Shown here piece by piece: positions 51,394-59,595 of a DNA stretch of 64,000 nucleotides. Source of the DNA: Pseudomonadota bacterium (GTDB taxonomy: Bacteria; Bdellovibrionota; FAC87; UBA2466); the NCBI GenBank assembly GCA_009927005.1, contig RFNV01000159.1, forward strand, positions 5,605 through 69,604, in the 5' to 3' direction. The notes beneath the pieces were generated by a model. That model searched no databases and had not been told where the DNA came from. It was given only the letters and a program-made list of their open reading frames with translations. How positions within the stretch are numbered: the first letter of the stretch is position 1; every line of letters starts with the position of its first letter. Made by a program: the position numbers and the translations under genes.

Positions 51394-53097
51394 ATGTCTC
51401 ACCACGAAATGCCTTTTTGGAAAAAGTATATTTTTTCTACTGACCATAAAGTGATTGGCCTTCAATACGGAATCACGGCCACTTTCTTTCTGCTTTTTGG
51501 ATTCTTTTTGATGATTCTCATGCGTTGGCAACTTGCGTATCCCGGAGTTGAAATTCCCCTAATCGGAAAAGCACTCACTGAAACAGGAGCGCTGACTCCC
51601 GAACTGTATAACGCCCTCGGAGCAATGCATGGAACAATCATGATCTTCCTAGGGGTAGTGCCTATGGGGGTTGGGGCCTTCGGCAACTATTTGGTTCCAC
51701 TTCAGGTAGGTGCTTGCGACATGGCCTTCCCCAAACTCAACATGATGAGCTACTGGGTTTATTTTGTAGGCGGAGTCATCATGATGATGAGCTTCCTGAT
51801 GCCAGGAGGAGCAGCTGCTTCTGGATGGACTTCCTATCCGCCCCTTTCTGTTATTTCAAATAATGCTCAGACGGTTTGGTTGCTCTCAATGGTGTTCTTG
51901 ATCACTTCCTCTTTGTTAGGTTCTGTGAACACTATCGTGACTGCCATTCAACTCAGAGCTAAAGGCCTTAATTTCATGCGATGGCCAATCCATGTTTGGG
52001 CTCAGGTTACAACTGCTTTTCTTCTGTTATTAGCTTTCCCTCCTCTCGAAGGAGCAGCGATCTTGCAACTTGCTGACCGAGTTTTCGGCAGCAGCTTTTT
52101 TCTTCCCAGTGGCTTAGTTGTATCCGGAGAAAAATTAGGCGTTGCCGGCGGTGGAAACCCTCTTTTATGGCAACATCTTTTTTGGTTTTTGGCCCACCCA
52201 GAAGTGTATGTGTTGATTCTTCCAGCAGTGGGAGTGGTTTGTGAAATTGTCACTACCAACTGCCGAAAGCCCTTTTATGGCTATAAGACCATGGTGTACT
52301 CAATTCTATTCTTAGGATTTATGTCCTTTGTGGTTTGGGCTCACCACATGTTCATGACCGGAATGGGAGTGACTTTGAGCTCGTTCTTCCAAGCAACGAC
52401 GATGATTATCTCCATTCCCTCAGTGATTATTTTGACCACTATTCTTCTCACCTTGTGGGGAGCTTCCATAAGGTTTACGGTTCCAATGCTATTTGCGATG
52501 GCGTTTTTACCGATGTTCGCGATTGGTGGATTAACGGGTCTTCCGTTGGGATTAACCGCTTCGGATATTCATCTGCACGATACTTATTATGTGATTGGAC
52601 ACTTCCACTACGTCGTGGCACCAGGAACTCTATTCGCCCTGATGGGTGGTGTTTATTACTGGTATCCAAAATTCTCCGGACGGCACATGAACGAATTCCT
52701 CGGAAAGCTTCATTTCTGGGTTTCGTTTGTAGCGATTAACTTCGTGTTTATGCCGATGTTCTTGATGGGCTCCAAAGGGGTCTCCCGAAGAATGTACGAC
52801 CAAACTCAATATTCTTACGGGGCTTCTACTCAAAGCTGGAACGTCGTCATGTCGACAGCTGCCTTTGTTCTCCTACTGGCTCAAATTCCTTTTATTTGGA
52901 ATATGTTCACAGCTTGGAAGACGGGTAAAAAGGTTCAAAATGACAATCCTTGGGAGGCAACTACTCTTGAGTGGGCTGCAAGTTCACCTCCCCCTCATGA
53001 AAACTTCCCTACCCCAGTAGAAGTTTACAGAAATCCGTACTCTTATTCGGCTACAACCCGAAAAGTGTTACCTCAATTTATTCCCCAGGAGGGCTAA
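51394..53097 (+). CDS. ctaD: Cytochrome c oxidase subunit I
   Basis: 12 TM helices with heme-copper oxidase His ligands (WFFGHPEVY-like WFLAHPEVYVLILP, HHMF). Confidence 0.9.
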   Translation: MSHHEMPFWKKYIFSTDHKVIGLQYGITATFFLLFGFFLMILMRWQLAYPGVEIPLIGKALTETGALTPELYNALGAMHGTIMIFLGVVPMGVGAFGNYLVPLQVGACDMAFPKLNMMSYWVYFVGGVIMMMSFLMPGGAAASGWTSYPPLSVISNNAQTVWLLSMVFLITSSLLGSVNTIVTAIQLRAKGLNFMRWPIHVWAQVTTAFLLLLAFPPLEGAAILQLADRVFGSSFFLPSGLVVSGEKLGVAGGGNPLLWQHLFWFLAHPEVYVLILPAVGVVCEIVTTNCRKPFYGYKTMVYSILFLGFMSFVVWAHHMFMTGMGVTLSSFFQATTMIISIPSVIILTTILLTLWGASIRFTVPMLFAMAFLPMFAIGGLTGLPLGLTASDIHLHDTYYVIGHFHYVVAPGTLFALMGGVYYWYPKFSGRHMNEFLGKLHFWVSFVAINFVFMPMFLMGSKGVSRRMYDQTQYSYGASTQSWNVVMSTAAFVLLLAQIPFIWNMFTAWKTGKKVQNDNPWEATTLEWAASSPPPHENFPTPVEVYRNPYSYSATTRKVLPQFIPQEG

Positions 53098-53694
53098 ATG
53101 GCAGTTCATATTCCTTATATTGATAAGCCAAATCCAGTAACTGGAGTAACAAATGCAAAGCTGGGCATTTGGCTCTTTTTGGCATCGGAAGTGATGCTTT
53201 TCGGAGCTTTATTTTCAGCTCTGATCACCCTTCGTTTAGGAGTCAGCGATTGGCCGCACGGATATGATGTTTTAAATGTCCCGCTCGCTACCGTTAATAC
53301 CGTTGTCTTGATTTTTTCATCGGTGACTGTGGTGATGGCCTGGGCTGCTCTGAAGATGCATAATTTAAAGCAATTTAAGACTTATATGAGTCTGACTTTG
53401 TTGATGTCTTTTATCTTCTTGGGGATCAAAGCAGTTGAATATGGGAAAAAGTTTAGCCACGGCATTAGCCCTGCAACGAGTAACTTCTACGCGATTTACT
53501 TTGTCATCACAGGACTCCATGGTCTTCATATTCTTGGGGGTATCATCGTCAATGCATACCTCTTAGGACCAGGTAGTCATATGTGGAAATCCGAACCTGA
53601 GCGTTTTACAGGCCGTATCGAATGTGCTGGTCTTTATTGGCACTTTGTGGATTTGGTTTGGATTTTCTTATTTCCTATTCTTTATCTTCTGTAA
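53098..53694 (+). CDS. ctaE: Cytochrome c oxidase subunit III
   Basis: 5 TM helices and the subunit III family sequence. It starts 1 nt after the ctaD stop. Confidence 0.8.
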   Translation: MAVHIPYIDKPNPVTGVTNAKLGIWLFLASEVMLFGALFSALITLRLGVSDWPHGYDVLNVPLATVNTVVLIFSSVTVVMAWAALKMHNLKQFKTYMSLTLLMSFIFLGIKAVEYGKKFSHGISPATSNFYAIYFVITGLHGLHILGGIIVNAYLLGPGSHMWKSEPERFTGRIECAGLYWHFVDLVWIFLFPILYLL

Positions 53695-53706
53695 GGAGAA
53701 GCTACC

Positions 53707-54027
53707 ATGGCATCAGAACATATGTCCGTTGAGGAAGTGAAGAAGCACACTCGAGTTTATTGGGTGATTTTTGGCTGTTTATTATTGCTGACTGCAGTGA
53801 CCGTTGGGATTTCTTATATCCACCTGCCTTTCACCTTTGCTGTCATTTTGGCGCTGGTGGTTGCATCAACCAAAGCATCTTTAGTGGCTCTTTATTTCAT
53901 GCATTTGATTTCTGAAAAGGCAGCTATTTATTTAACCTTAGCACTTACCGCAGTTTTGTTTGCTGTATTAATCGTAGTTCCTTGGATGATCCCCATGGAT
54001 GCGATGAGGAGTTGGCTTGTCTCTTAA
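53707..54027 (+). CDS. Cytochrome c oxidase subunit IV (caa3-type small subunit)
   Basis: 106 aa with 3 TM helices, in operon position after subunit III. Confidence 0.5.
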   Translation: MASEHMSVEEVKKHTRVYWVIFGCLLLLTAVTVGISYIHLPFTFAVILALVVASTKASLVALYFMHLISEKAAIYLTLALTAVLFAVLIVVPWMIPMDAMRSWLVS

Positions 54028-54427
54028 GGTTGTTCATCTCTTTTTGATCCTCTGCTCTATTGCTCTGTCGGGATTTTTTGGGGTCTGGTCTCTTCAAAAC
54101 TATAGTTGGGATACGGGTCCATTACTGGTTTCGTTGGGATACTTGTCCCTCTCTGGAACTGGTGGGTTAGTTTTCTATCTCTTTTACTTTTTGAAGAAGA
54201 CTAAGGGCTTTGGACTTCTCGGCTTTTTATTCCTGGCCTCCCTTTTACACCCTCAGTCTGTTTGGGCGTGTGCTGTTTGCCAATTCGGCACTCCCGATTC
54301 TCCTCTTGTGAGAGCTATCAGAGAGGGAATCTGGGTTCTGTTATTTTTACTCGTTCCGGTTCTCGCGGGCTTTCTAGGCCTTTTTATTTTCTGGGCTAAA
54401 AGAGATAAAAAGATCTCCTCACTGTAA
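54017..54427 (+). CDS. Hypothetical 4-TM membrane protein with a CAVCQFG motif
   Basis: Four hydrophobic helices. It overlaps the subunit IV stop by 11 nt, and its 3' end overlaps the convergent gene by 9 nt. Confidence 0.3.
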   Translation: MSLKVVHLFLILCSIALSGFFGVWSLQNYSWDTGPLLVSLGYLSLSGTGGLVFYLFYFLKKTKGFGLLGFLFLASLLHPQSVWACAVCQFGTPDSPLVRAIREGIWVLLFLLVPVLAGFLGLFIFWAKRDKKISSL

Positions 54428-55555
54428 TGTCACTTTAATCAGCTGACGATTCTCACTCTCATAAGATCCTTTTAACTTCGCAAGAACCAATAATGTTTTT
54501 CCATCATCAGAAAGCGCCAAGTGATGTTGGTGAATGGGCCCAGTGATTTGATCTCGAAGGGGCCGAAGGATTACTGGCTCTCCATTTTCAAGATTTCGGG
54601 GATAAATGAGGCTTAACCCTTCCTCCTCGCTCCAAGCCGCTAGCACCGCTTGGCGAGGATTAAGAACCATAGGAACACTTTTTCCAAAATTGTAGTAACG
54701 GCAGCCATAAACCCCATCGTCCCAAAGGAGATTTTTCTCAGGATGATCGGTCCTGACAACAAACATATTCTGGTTACCGGCCATGAGTTCTGGGAACTGG
54801 TAAACTTCTTTCACATTTCCCGGAATGAGAGTGGAATACTGACCAGATTGGTAAAGCTTACAAACTGGGATTCCCGCAAGCTCACCCTCGATTTGGATAT
54901 TAAAGTAAGTTAGCCGAGTGCACTGATTCTCTCTTTTGACTCGGTAAAGAAAGACATTGGGATAAGTATGGCCCTCACCTAGGTGAAATACTTCTCCCAC
55001 ACCGGAGTAGAGGTTACAGATATGTGGCTTGATCCCTTTTTGACTAAAAGAATAGACCTCGATCTGTTGCTGGTGAGGCCTGACAATTGAGGAAGTAACA
55101 CTAAAAAGAGAATCCCGCCCAAAAAACCGGTGCCAGTAAAGATGTTTAACTCGCTTTTTATGTGACCACTTCTGCCAGCGTGGCGGATTGGTAGCAGTAT
55201 CGAGAGTGATCGGGGAACCCACGAGGGTTATGTACCGTTCACCGGGATCTTTAACAGGGGAAAGTGAAGCATTACTGGAGCCTAAAAGAACACTTTTTCC
55301 ACTTCTTAGATCGAGTCGATAAATTTTTCCAAATTGGTTTCGATAAACAATCTGATTTTTCTTTTCCCAAAAGACAAATTCATGCACTGGCCCTCTCAAA
55401 TCAAAATTCGTAACCCCAAGGTTTTGAATTTTTGTAATGTCTGTCAGCGGGTTCGGTCCATCCCCACCGAAACATTTGATAGAGCCAATATCGGATGCGT
55501 TTATTTGCGCAGTCACACAGAGCCAAAGGCCTAGAATTAAATTCATTTTTCTCAT
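54419..55555 (-). CDS. Secreted Cys-containing hypothetical protein, paralogue A
   Basis: Signal peptide MRKMNLILGLWLCVTAQINA. It shares motifs with 56646..57722 (LGEGHTYPNVFLYRVK versus IGEGHLVPNLLLYSEK). It overlaps the upstream regulator by 4 bp. Confidence 0.45.
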   Translation of the reverse strand: MRKMNLILGLWLCVTAQINASDIGSIKCFGGDGPNPLTDITKIQNLGVTNFDLRGPVHEFVFWEKKNQIVYRNQFGKIYRLDLRSGKSVLLGSSNASLSPVKDPGERYITLVGSPITLDTATNPPRWQKWSHKKRVKHLYWHRFFGRDSLFSVTSSIVRPHQQQIEVYSFSQKGIKPHICNLYSGVGEVFHLGEGHTYPNVFLYRVKRENQCTRLTYFNIQIEGELAGIPVCKLYQSGQYSTLIPGNVKEVYQFPELMAGNQNMFVVRTDHPEKNLLWDDGVYGCRYYNFGKSVPMVLNPRQAVLAAWSEEEGLSLIYPRNLENGEPVILRPLRDQITGPIHQHHLALSDDGKTLLVLAKLKGSYESENRQLIKVTLQ

Positions 55556-56625
55556 ACTTCTCCCTCTCGAATCGTAACTTTGGGAACTAGACGATATCCG
55601 CCCTCTTCAAAAGAAATGGGATCAACCTCAAAATCCAGTTCTAACAATATTTTTCTGAGGCAGTGGATCTGATACTGCAATTTGCTATCATCCGATGCCG
55701 GTTCATAATCTTTTTTAAATACCTTTTTAGCCATCTGGGATTTGTCTATCCATTCTTTCTTGGTAAACAGCTCGAATATTTTTGCGGGAAGGGTTTGATA
55801 GCTGAGCTCAATCTTTTTTTCATTACAAAAAACCGTCCACCCTTTTATCCCGTGTTCACAAAACAGTTCTGGTGCAATTGGTTTCGTATTCAACTTCTCT
55901 TCAAGTGCCGAGAGCTGAGCCTTTAATGTTTTGAAGGGGCTTTTTTCTACAATCGCCCGGGTCTCAGCTAATAGCTGAGTAGCTTGCTCCTTATCGTCAC
56001 GAAGGATGTAAAGGCCCCCTAAAATGACTTTTCCAGAAAAATACGCATACCAATCTCGAATGGGGTCCAATTCTTTAAAGAGTTTTGCCATTTTCTCTTC
56101 TGCTAAATCTAACTTCCCCTCATCTCGTAAAATTTTAATTCGCCACAATTCCAAACTCAGCTGAATAGGTCTATCCTGTGAATCCTCAATCGAGTCGATG
56201 ATTCTTCGACAAGCATCCACATTATCTCCCTCACAATCGTAGCAATAAGCTAGAAGCATCTTGGCCTTGGTATGTAAGTAGCTAGATTCAGGATTTGAAA
56301 TAACTTTTGTTAGGAGTTCTTTTGCAGACTTTAGATTTCTTTCAGCTCCCAGGATCGAAACTTCGGCTAATTGATAATAAAGCTCATCGGTCTGCCATTT
56401 CGAAGAGAGATTCTCTATCTGATTCAAGTAAAAGTTGAGCTCTCGTTCTTTTCCCAATTCTAGAAGGCATCGAACAAAGTAACTTAAATAAAGCGCGTGC
56501 TCGGGTTGAGGTGAAAAAGGAAGGCGGTCAAAAAATCGACGAAAAACTGCATAAGCTTCATGGAGCTTCCATGAAAAGAATAGGTCCTTCGCCTTATCTA
56601 GGTCCTTCTTCTGTTTCTCAAGCAT
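55552..56625 (-). CDS. TPR-like transcriptional regulator with C-terminal OmpR/PhoB-type winged helix, paralogue A'
   Basis: The C-terminus LPAKIFELFTKK…SDDSKLQYQIHCLRKILLELDFEVDPISFEEGGYRLVP matches a trans_reg_C wHTH. A helical TPR-like region of about 230 aa lies N-terminal, and there is no TM helix. Confidence 0.55.
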   Translation of the reverse strand: MLEKQKKDLDKAKDLFFSWKLHEAYAVFRRFFDRLPFSPQPEHALYLSYFVRCLLELGKERELNFYLNQIENLSSKWQTDELYYQLAEVSILGAERNLKSAKELLTKVISNPESSYLHTKAKMLLAYCYDCEGDNVDACRRIIDSIEDSQDRPIQLSLELWRIKILRDEGKLDLAEEKMAKLFKELDPIRDWYAYFSGKVILGGLYILRDDKEQATQLLAETRAIVEKSPFKTLKAQLSALEEKLNTKPIAPELFCEHGIKGWTVFCNEKKIELSYQTLPAKIFELFTKKEWIDKSQMAKKVFKKDYEPASDDSKLQYQIHCLRKILLELDFEVDPISFEEGGYRLVPKVTIREGEV

Positions 56626-56645
56626 TTTGTCATTAACTGTGTTTT

Positions 56646-57722
56646 CTATCTGTTTAATCCCTTTAAGCTAACTGTGTGCAGTGCGCGGCCTCCCCACTTA
56701 TCTCTTCGTTCTCTCGTACTGATAAAAAGCTGCTCTCCCTCTGAATCGACCCAAATTTGATTTCCTTCCAGAAATCCTCTGTCTACCGATAAATCCAGAG
56801 TGAAATAACGACCGGTCAGTAAGGAGTAGACGCCAACTCCTTTTTGGCGATTGATGTTTATCACCACTGAACTTTTAGTATTTGGTATGTAGGAGCGGCC
56901 GACAGGTAAAATTCCAATTGAAAATGCCCCGGGCGTTCCAAAGTATAGATTGGTAGTTTCATGATCGGTGAAGACAACTACCTCTCTCCCCTCAAAAGCC
57001 CAATTTACTGAAGTGACATTTCCCTTAAAGTATTCAGGCTCCCTCGATTGAGCTTCGATCTGGCATTTACCATTTCGTGCCTTGAGGTTGAGCGTATAGA
57101 TAGTTAACTCAGTGTCTCTATCCATATGTTTTTCGCTGTATAGGAGGAGGTTTGGCACCAAGTGACCCTCTCCAATCCTTAGGTTTTTGGGATTGTTGGC
57201 TGGGTAAAAATCACAAGCATTGTGACGAATCTGATTCTTGTCCTGATTGTAGATGAAATAGGAAATCCTCCAAGCCTCACCGTTAAGCTTTTCCAGTTTT
57301 TTTAGCAAATACAGATCGTTTTTGTCCCACAGGAGAAACTGGCTGGACCCAGGCAGGCCTATCTCCTGGCCCTTATTTTTACCCACAACCCTAACTACTT
57401 TTTTTAGATCTGAGGAGAGAACCGTTTTTCCTCCAGCTCCTGAAACTGGGAAAAGCTCATTGATAAACCCACCATACTGTTGCTCCTCACCGCTGTTAAA
57501 ATCGTAAACACGCAACTTCAAGTTTGAATCGATATAAGCAAGCTTGTCTGTTCCTTCCAGAACCGAGTAGGAAGAAATGGTTTCCTGCAAGGGAATGGTT
57601 ACTTTTCGAGGGGCTGGGATCGGAGCAAACGGCGTCGGACCATCACTGCCAATCATTTCAAAAGCCATCAACTCTTTTGATAATCCCACCAAAAGGACTA
57701 CTAAGTAAAAAATCGCCCTCAT
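56646..57722 (-). CDS. Secreted Cys-containing hypothetical protein, paralogue B
   Basis: Signal peptide from the internal Met (MRAIFYLVVLLVGLS). Paralogous to 54419..55555. It forms a 4-bp ATGA overlap with the upstream regulator. Confidence 0.45.
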   Translation of the reverse strand: MRAIFYLVVLLVGLSKELMAFEMIGSDGPTPFAPIPAPRKVTIPLQETISSYSVLEGTDKLAYIDSNLKLRVYDFNSGEEQQYGGFINELFPVSGAGGKTVLSSDLKKVVRVVGKNKGQEIGLPGSSQFLLWDKNDLYLLKKLEKLNGEAWRISYFIYNQDKNQIRHNACDFYPANNPKNLRIGEGHLVPNLLLYSEKHMDRDTELTIYTLNLKARNGKCQIEAQSREPEYFKGNVTSVNWAFEGREVVVFTDHETTNLYFGTPGAFSIGILPVGRSYIPNTKSSVVININRQKGVGVYSLLTGRYFTLDLSVDRGFLEGNQIWVDSEGEQLFISTRERRDKWGGRALHTVSLKGLNR

Positions 57723-58816
57723 AAAACATCCTCCCCGACTTCGGACACTTCTGGAACCCATCGGTATCCAAATGATTCCTTGGTTACAAGTTTTTGGGAG
57801 AATCCCAATTTAAGAAGCTGCTTTTTTAATAAGTGAAGCTGGCCATAGATCAATTTATCGTCCTTTTTGGCCCGATAATTTCTACGATACAACCGTTGAA
57901 TGATTTCCTGTTTAGGAAGAACTTTTTCGCGAATCAATGACAGAAGGAGTTTCTGCCACGGCTTGTCTCCATTAAGCTGGAGAATCTTACCCTCGTATTT
58001 TAAGATGCTCGAATTTCGAGTTCGTTCCCAGATTAAAGAAACCGAACGATCATGACCTTTGATTTGATCAGCTAAGTGGTCGATCTGCCGTTTTATCGTT
58101 CTTAAAGGATAGCGATCACAATAAGCTCTCACTTCCTTGATAATGGAAAGTAATCGATCGAATCGCTCTTGGCGAAGGTATACACCACCCAAAATTACTT
58201 GCCCCGAGAGATAAGCATGCCAATGGAAGTGGGCTTTTACAGTAGCTAGAAAAGTTCCGAGAGATCTTTCTGCGTCTTCAATTCGACCTGAATCTCTCAT
58301 TATTTTTGCTTTCCATACGGAAACCAAATCGAGCAAGTAGGGATCCAATCCATCTAAATTAATTGAGGAAATAATCGAATCACACACTTTCCAGTCTCTG
58401 GAAATAATGTCGTAGCAAGTGGAAAGACCCATTTTGGTTCGGGCCAACAAGTTGACGTCGTGACTTTTAAATAAAATTCTTTCAAAGGTTTCTCGAGCGC
58501 GATCGAGATCTGCCGTTTCTTGGGTCAAATAAGACAGCCCCACTTGATAATCAAGTTCGGGCGTTCGCTTTTTTTCTGGAATCACCGATAGCTTGTCACG
58601 GTAACTTTTTAAATCCTCATCTTTACCCAATTCATAAAGGGTCCGTATGAACATGGAAAAAAATTCTACGAGTTCGCAACTTTCCTCAACACTCATCGAA
58701 TCAAATGTCTCTTTAAAGAGGGGGTAAGCCTCCTCGAGTCGAAGCTCGTAATACAAGGAGCGAGCCTTCATTAAATGGGTAGGAATTGTTGATTTCATTT
58801 TGGGGAAAAGTATCAC
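57719..58816 (-). CDS. TPR-like transcriptional regulator with C-terminal OmpR/PhoB-type winged helix, paralogue B'
   Basis: The C-terminus KDDKLIYGQLHLLKKQLLKLGFSQKLVTKESFGYRWVP is wHTH. The shared WHAYLSGQVILGGVYL motif matches WYAYFSGKVILGGLYI in A'. Confidence 0.55.
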   Translation of the reverse strand: MILFPKMKSTIPTHLMKARSLYYELRLEEAYPLFKETFDSMSVEESCELVEFFSMFIRTLYELGKDEDLKSYRDKLSVIPEKKRTPELDYQVGLSYLTQETADLDRARETFERILFKSHDVNLLARTKMGLSTCYDIISRDWKVCDSIISSINLDGLDPYLLDLVSVWKAKIMRDSGRIEDAERSLGTFLATVKAHFHWHAYLSGQVILGGVYLRQERFDRLLSIIKEVRAYCDRYPLRTIKRQIDHLADQIKGHDRSVSLIWERTRNSSILKYEGKILQLNGDKPWQKLLLSLIREKVLPKQEIIQRLYRRNYRAKKDDKLIYGQLHLLKKQLLKLGFSQKLVTKESFGYRWVPEVSEVGEDVL

Positions 58817-58959
58817 ATTCTCAGGGCCCGTGTAAAAAAGGTTTGGGGTAGCGCGTCGCGACAGAAATCAGCGTTAGAATTGACTCGGCCGGCCTAGATT
58901 GAGCTTCGCAGCAAGTGAGATCATAAGAAGTAGTTTCCTCATTCTCTCACTCTGTAATC

Positions 58960-59595
58960 ATGAACATACTTTCACACCGAGGTCTCTGGAAAGAGCCTCA
59001 AGAGCAAAATCAACTGTCTTCCTTTGCAACGAGTCAGACTGAAGGTTTTGGAACTGAAACTGACCTGCGTTCGTATTCCGGTAAACTCTACCTGTCTCAC
59101 GATCCGTTGAGTTCCTCCCGAGACGCCCTCAAATTTGAAGATCTTCTGACTCTTTGGGCAGATCGCCCCGAATTGCCTCTTTTTCTCAATATTAAAGAAG
59201 ATGGTCTCCTGCCGTATTTGAAACCTTATCATTCTCTCTTGGAAAGACTCAGAGTCGTTTTTTTTGATATGAGCGTTCCCCAACTGGTTCAGTTTTCAAA
59301 AGTTTTCCCGCGGAAGATGTTAGCAACTCGTTTCTCAGAATATGAGCGAGAACCCTCCGCTCAAGAACTTTGTAGTTGGCTTTGGGTGGATAGCTTTCAT
59401 TCCGATCCCGAACTCAGTTCTCTCAGGCCCTTTGCGATCGAAAAAAAAATGTCGCTCGCAATTGTTTCGCCTGATCTCCATGGACGAGATCCCAAGCCGA
59501 TTTGGAAGAGGCTCCGAACTGAACCGATTATCCCCAGTGAAGCTCTTTATTTTTGTACCGATATCCCGCAGGAATTTTCAAAGGAATCATTATGA
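58960..59595 (+). CDS. Glycerophosphodiester phosphodiesterase (GDPD)-family protein
   Basis: LSHRGLW…GFGTETDLR is an N-terminal GDPD catalytic His/Glu/Asp pattern. Its stop overlaps the start of the next gene (ATGA). Confidence 0.5.
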   Translation: MNILSHRGLWKEPQEQNQLSSFATSQTEGFGTETDLRSYSGKLYLSHDPLSSSRDALKFEDLLTLWADRPELPLFLNIKEDGLLPYLKPYHSLLERLRVVFFDMSVPQLVQFSKVFPRKMLATRFSEYEREPSAQELCSWLWVDSFHSDPELSSLRPFAIEKKMSLAIVSPDLHGRDPKPIWKRLRTEPIIPSEALYFCTDIPQEFSKESL

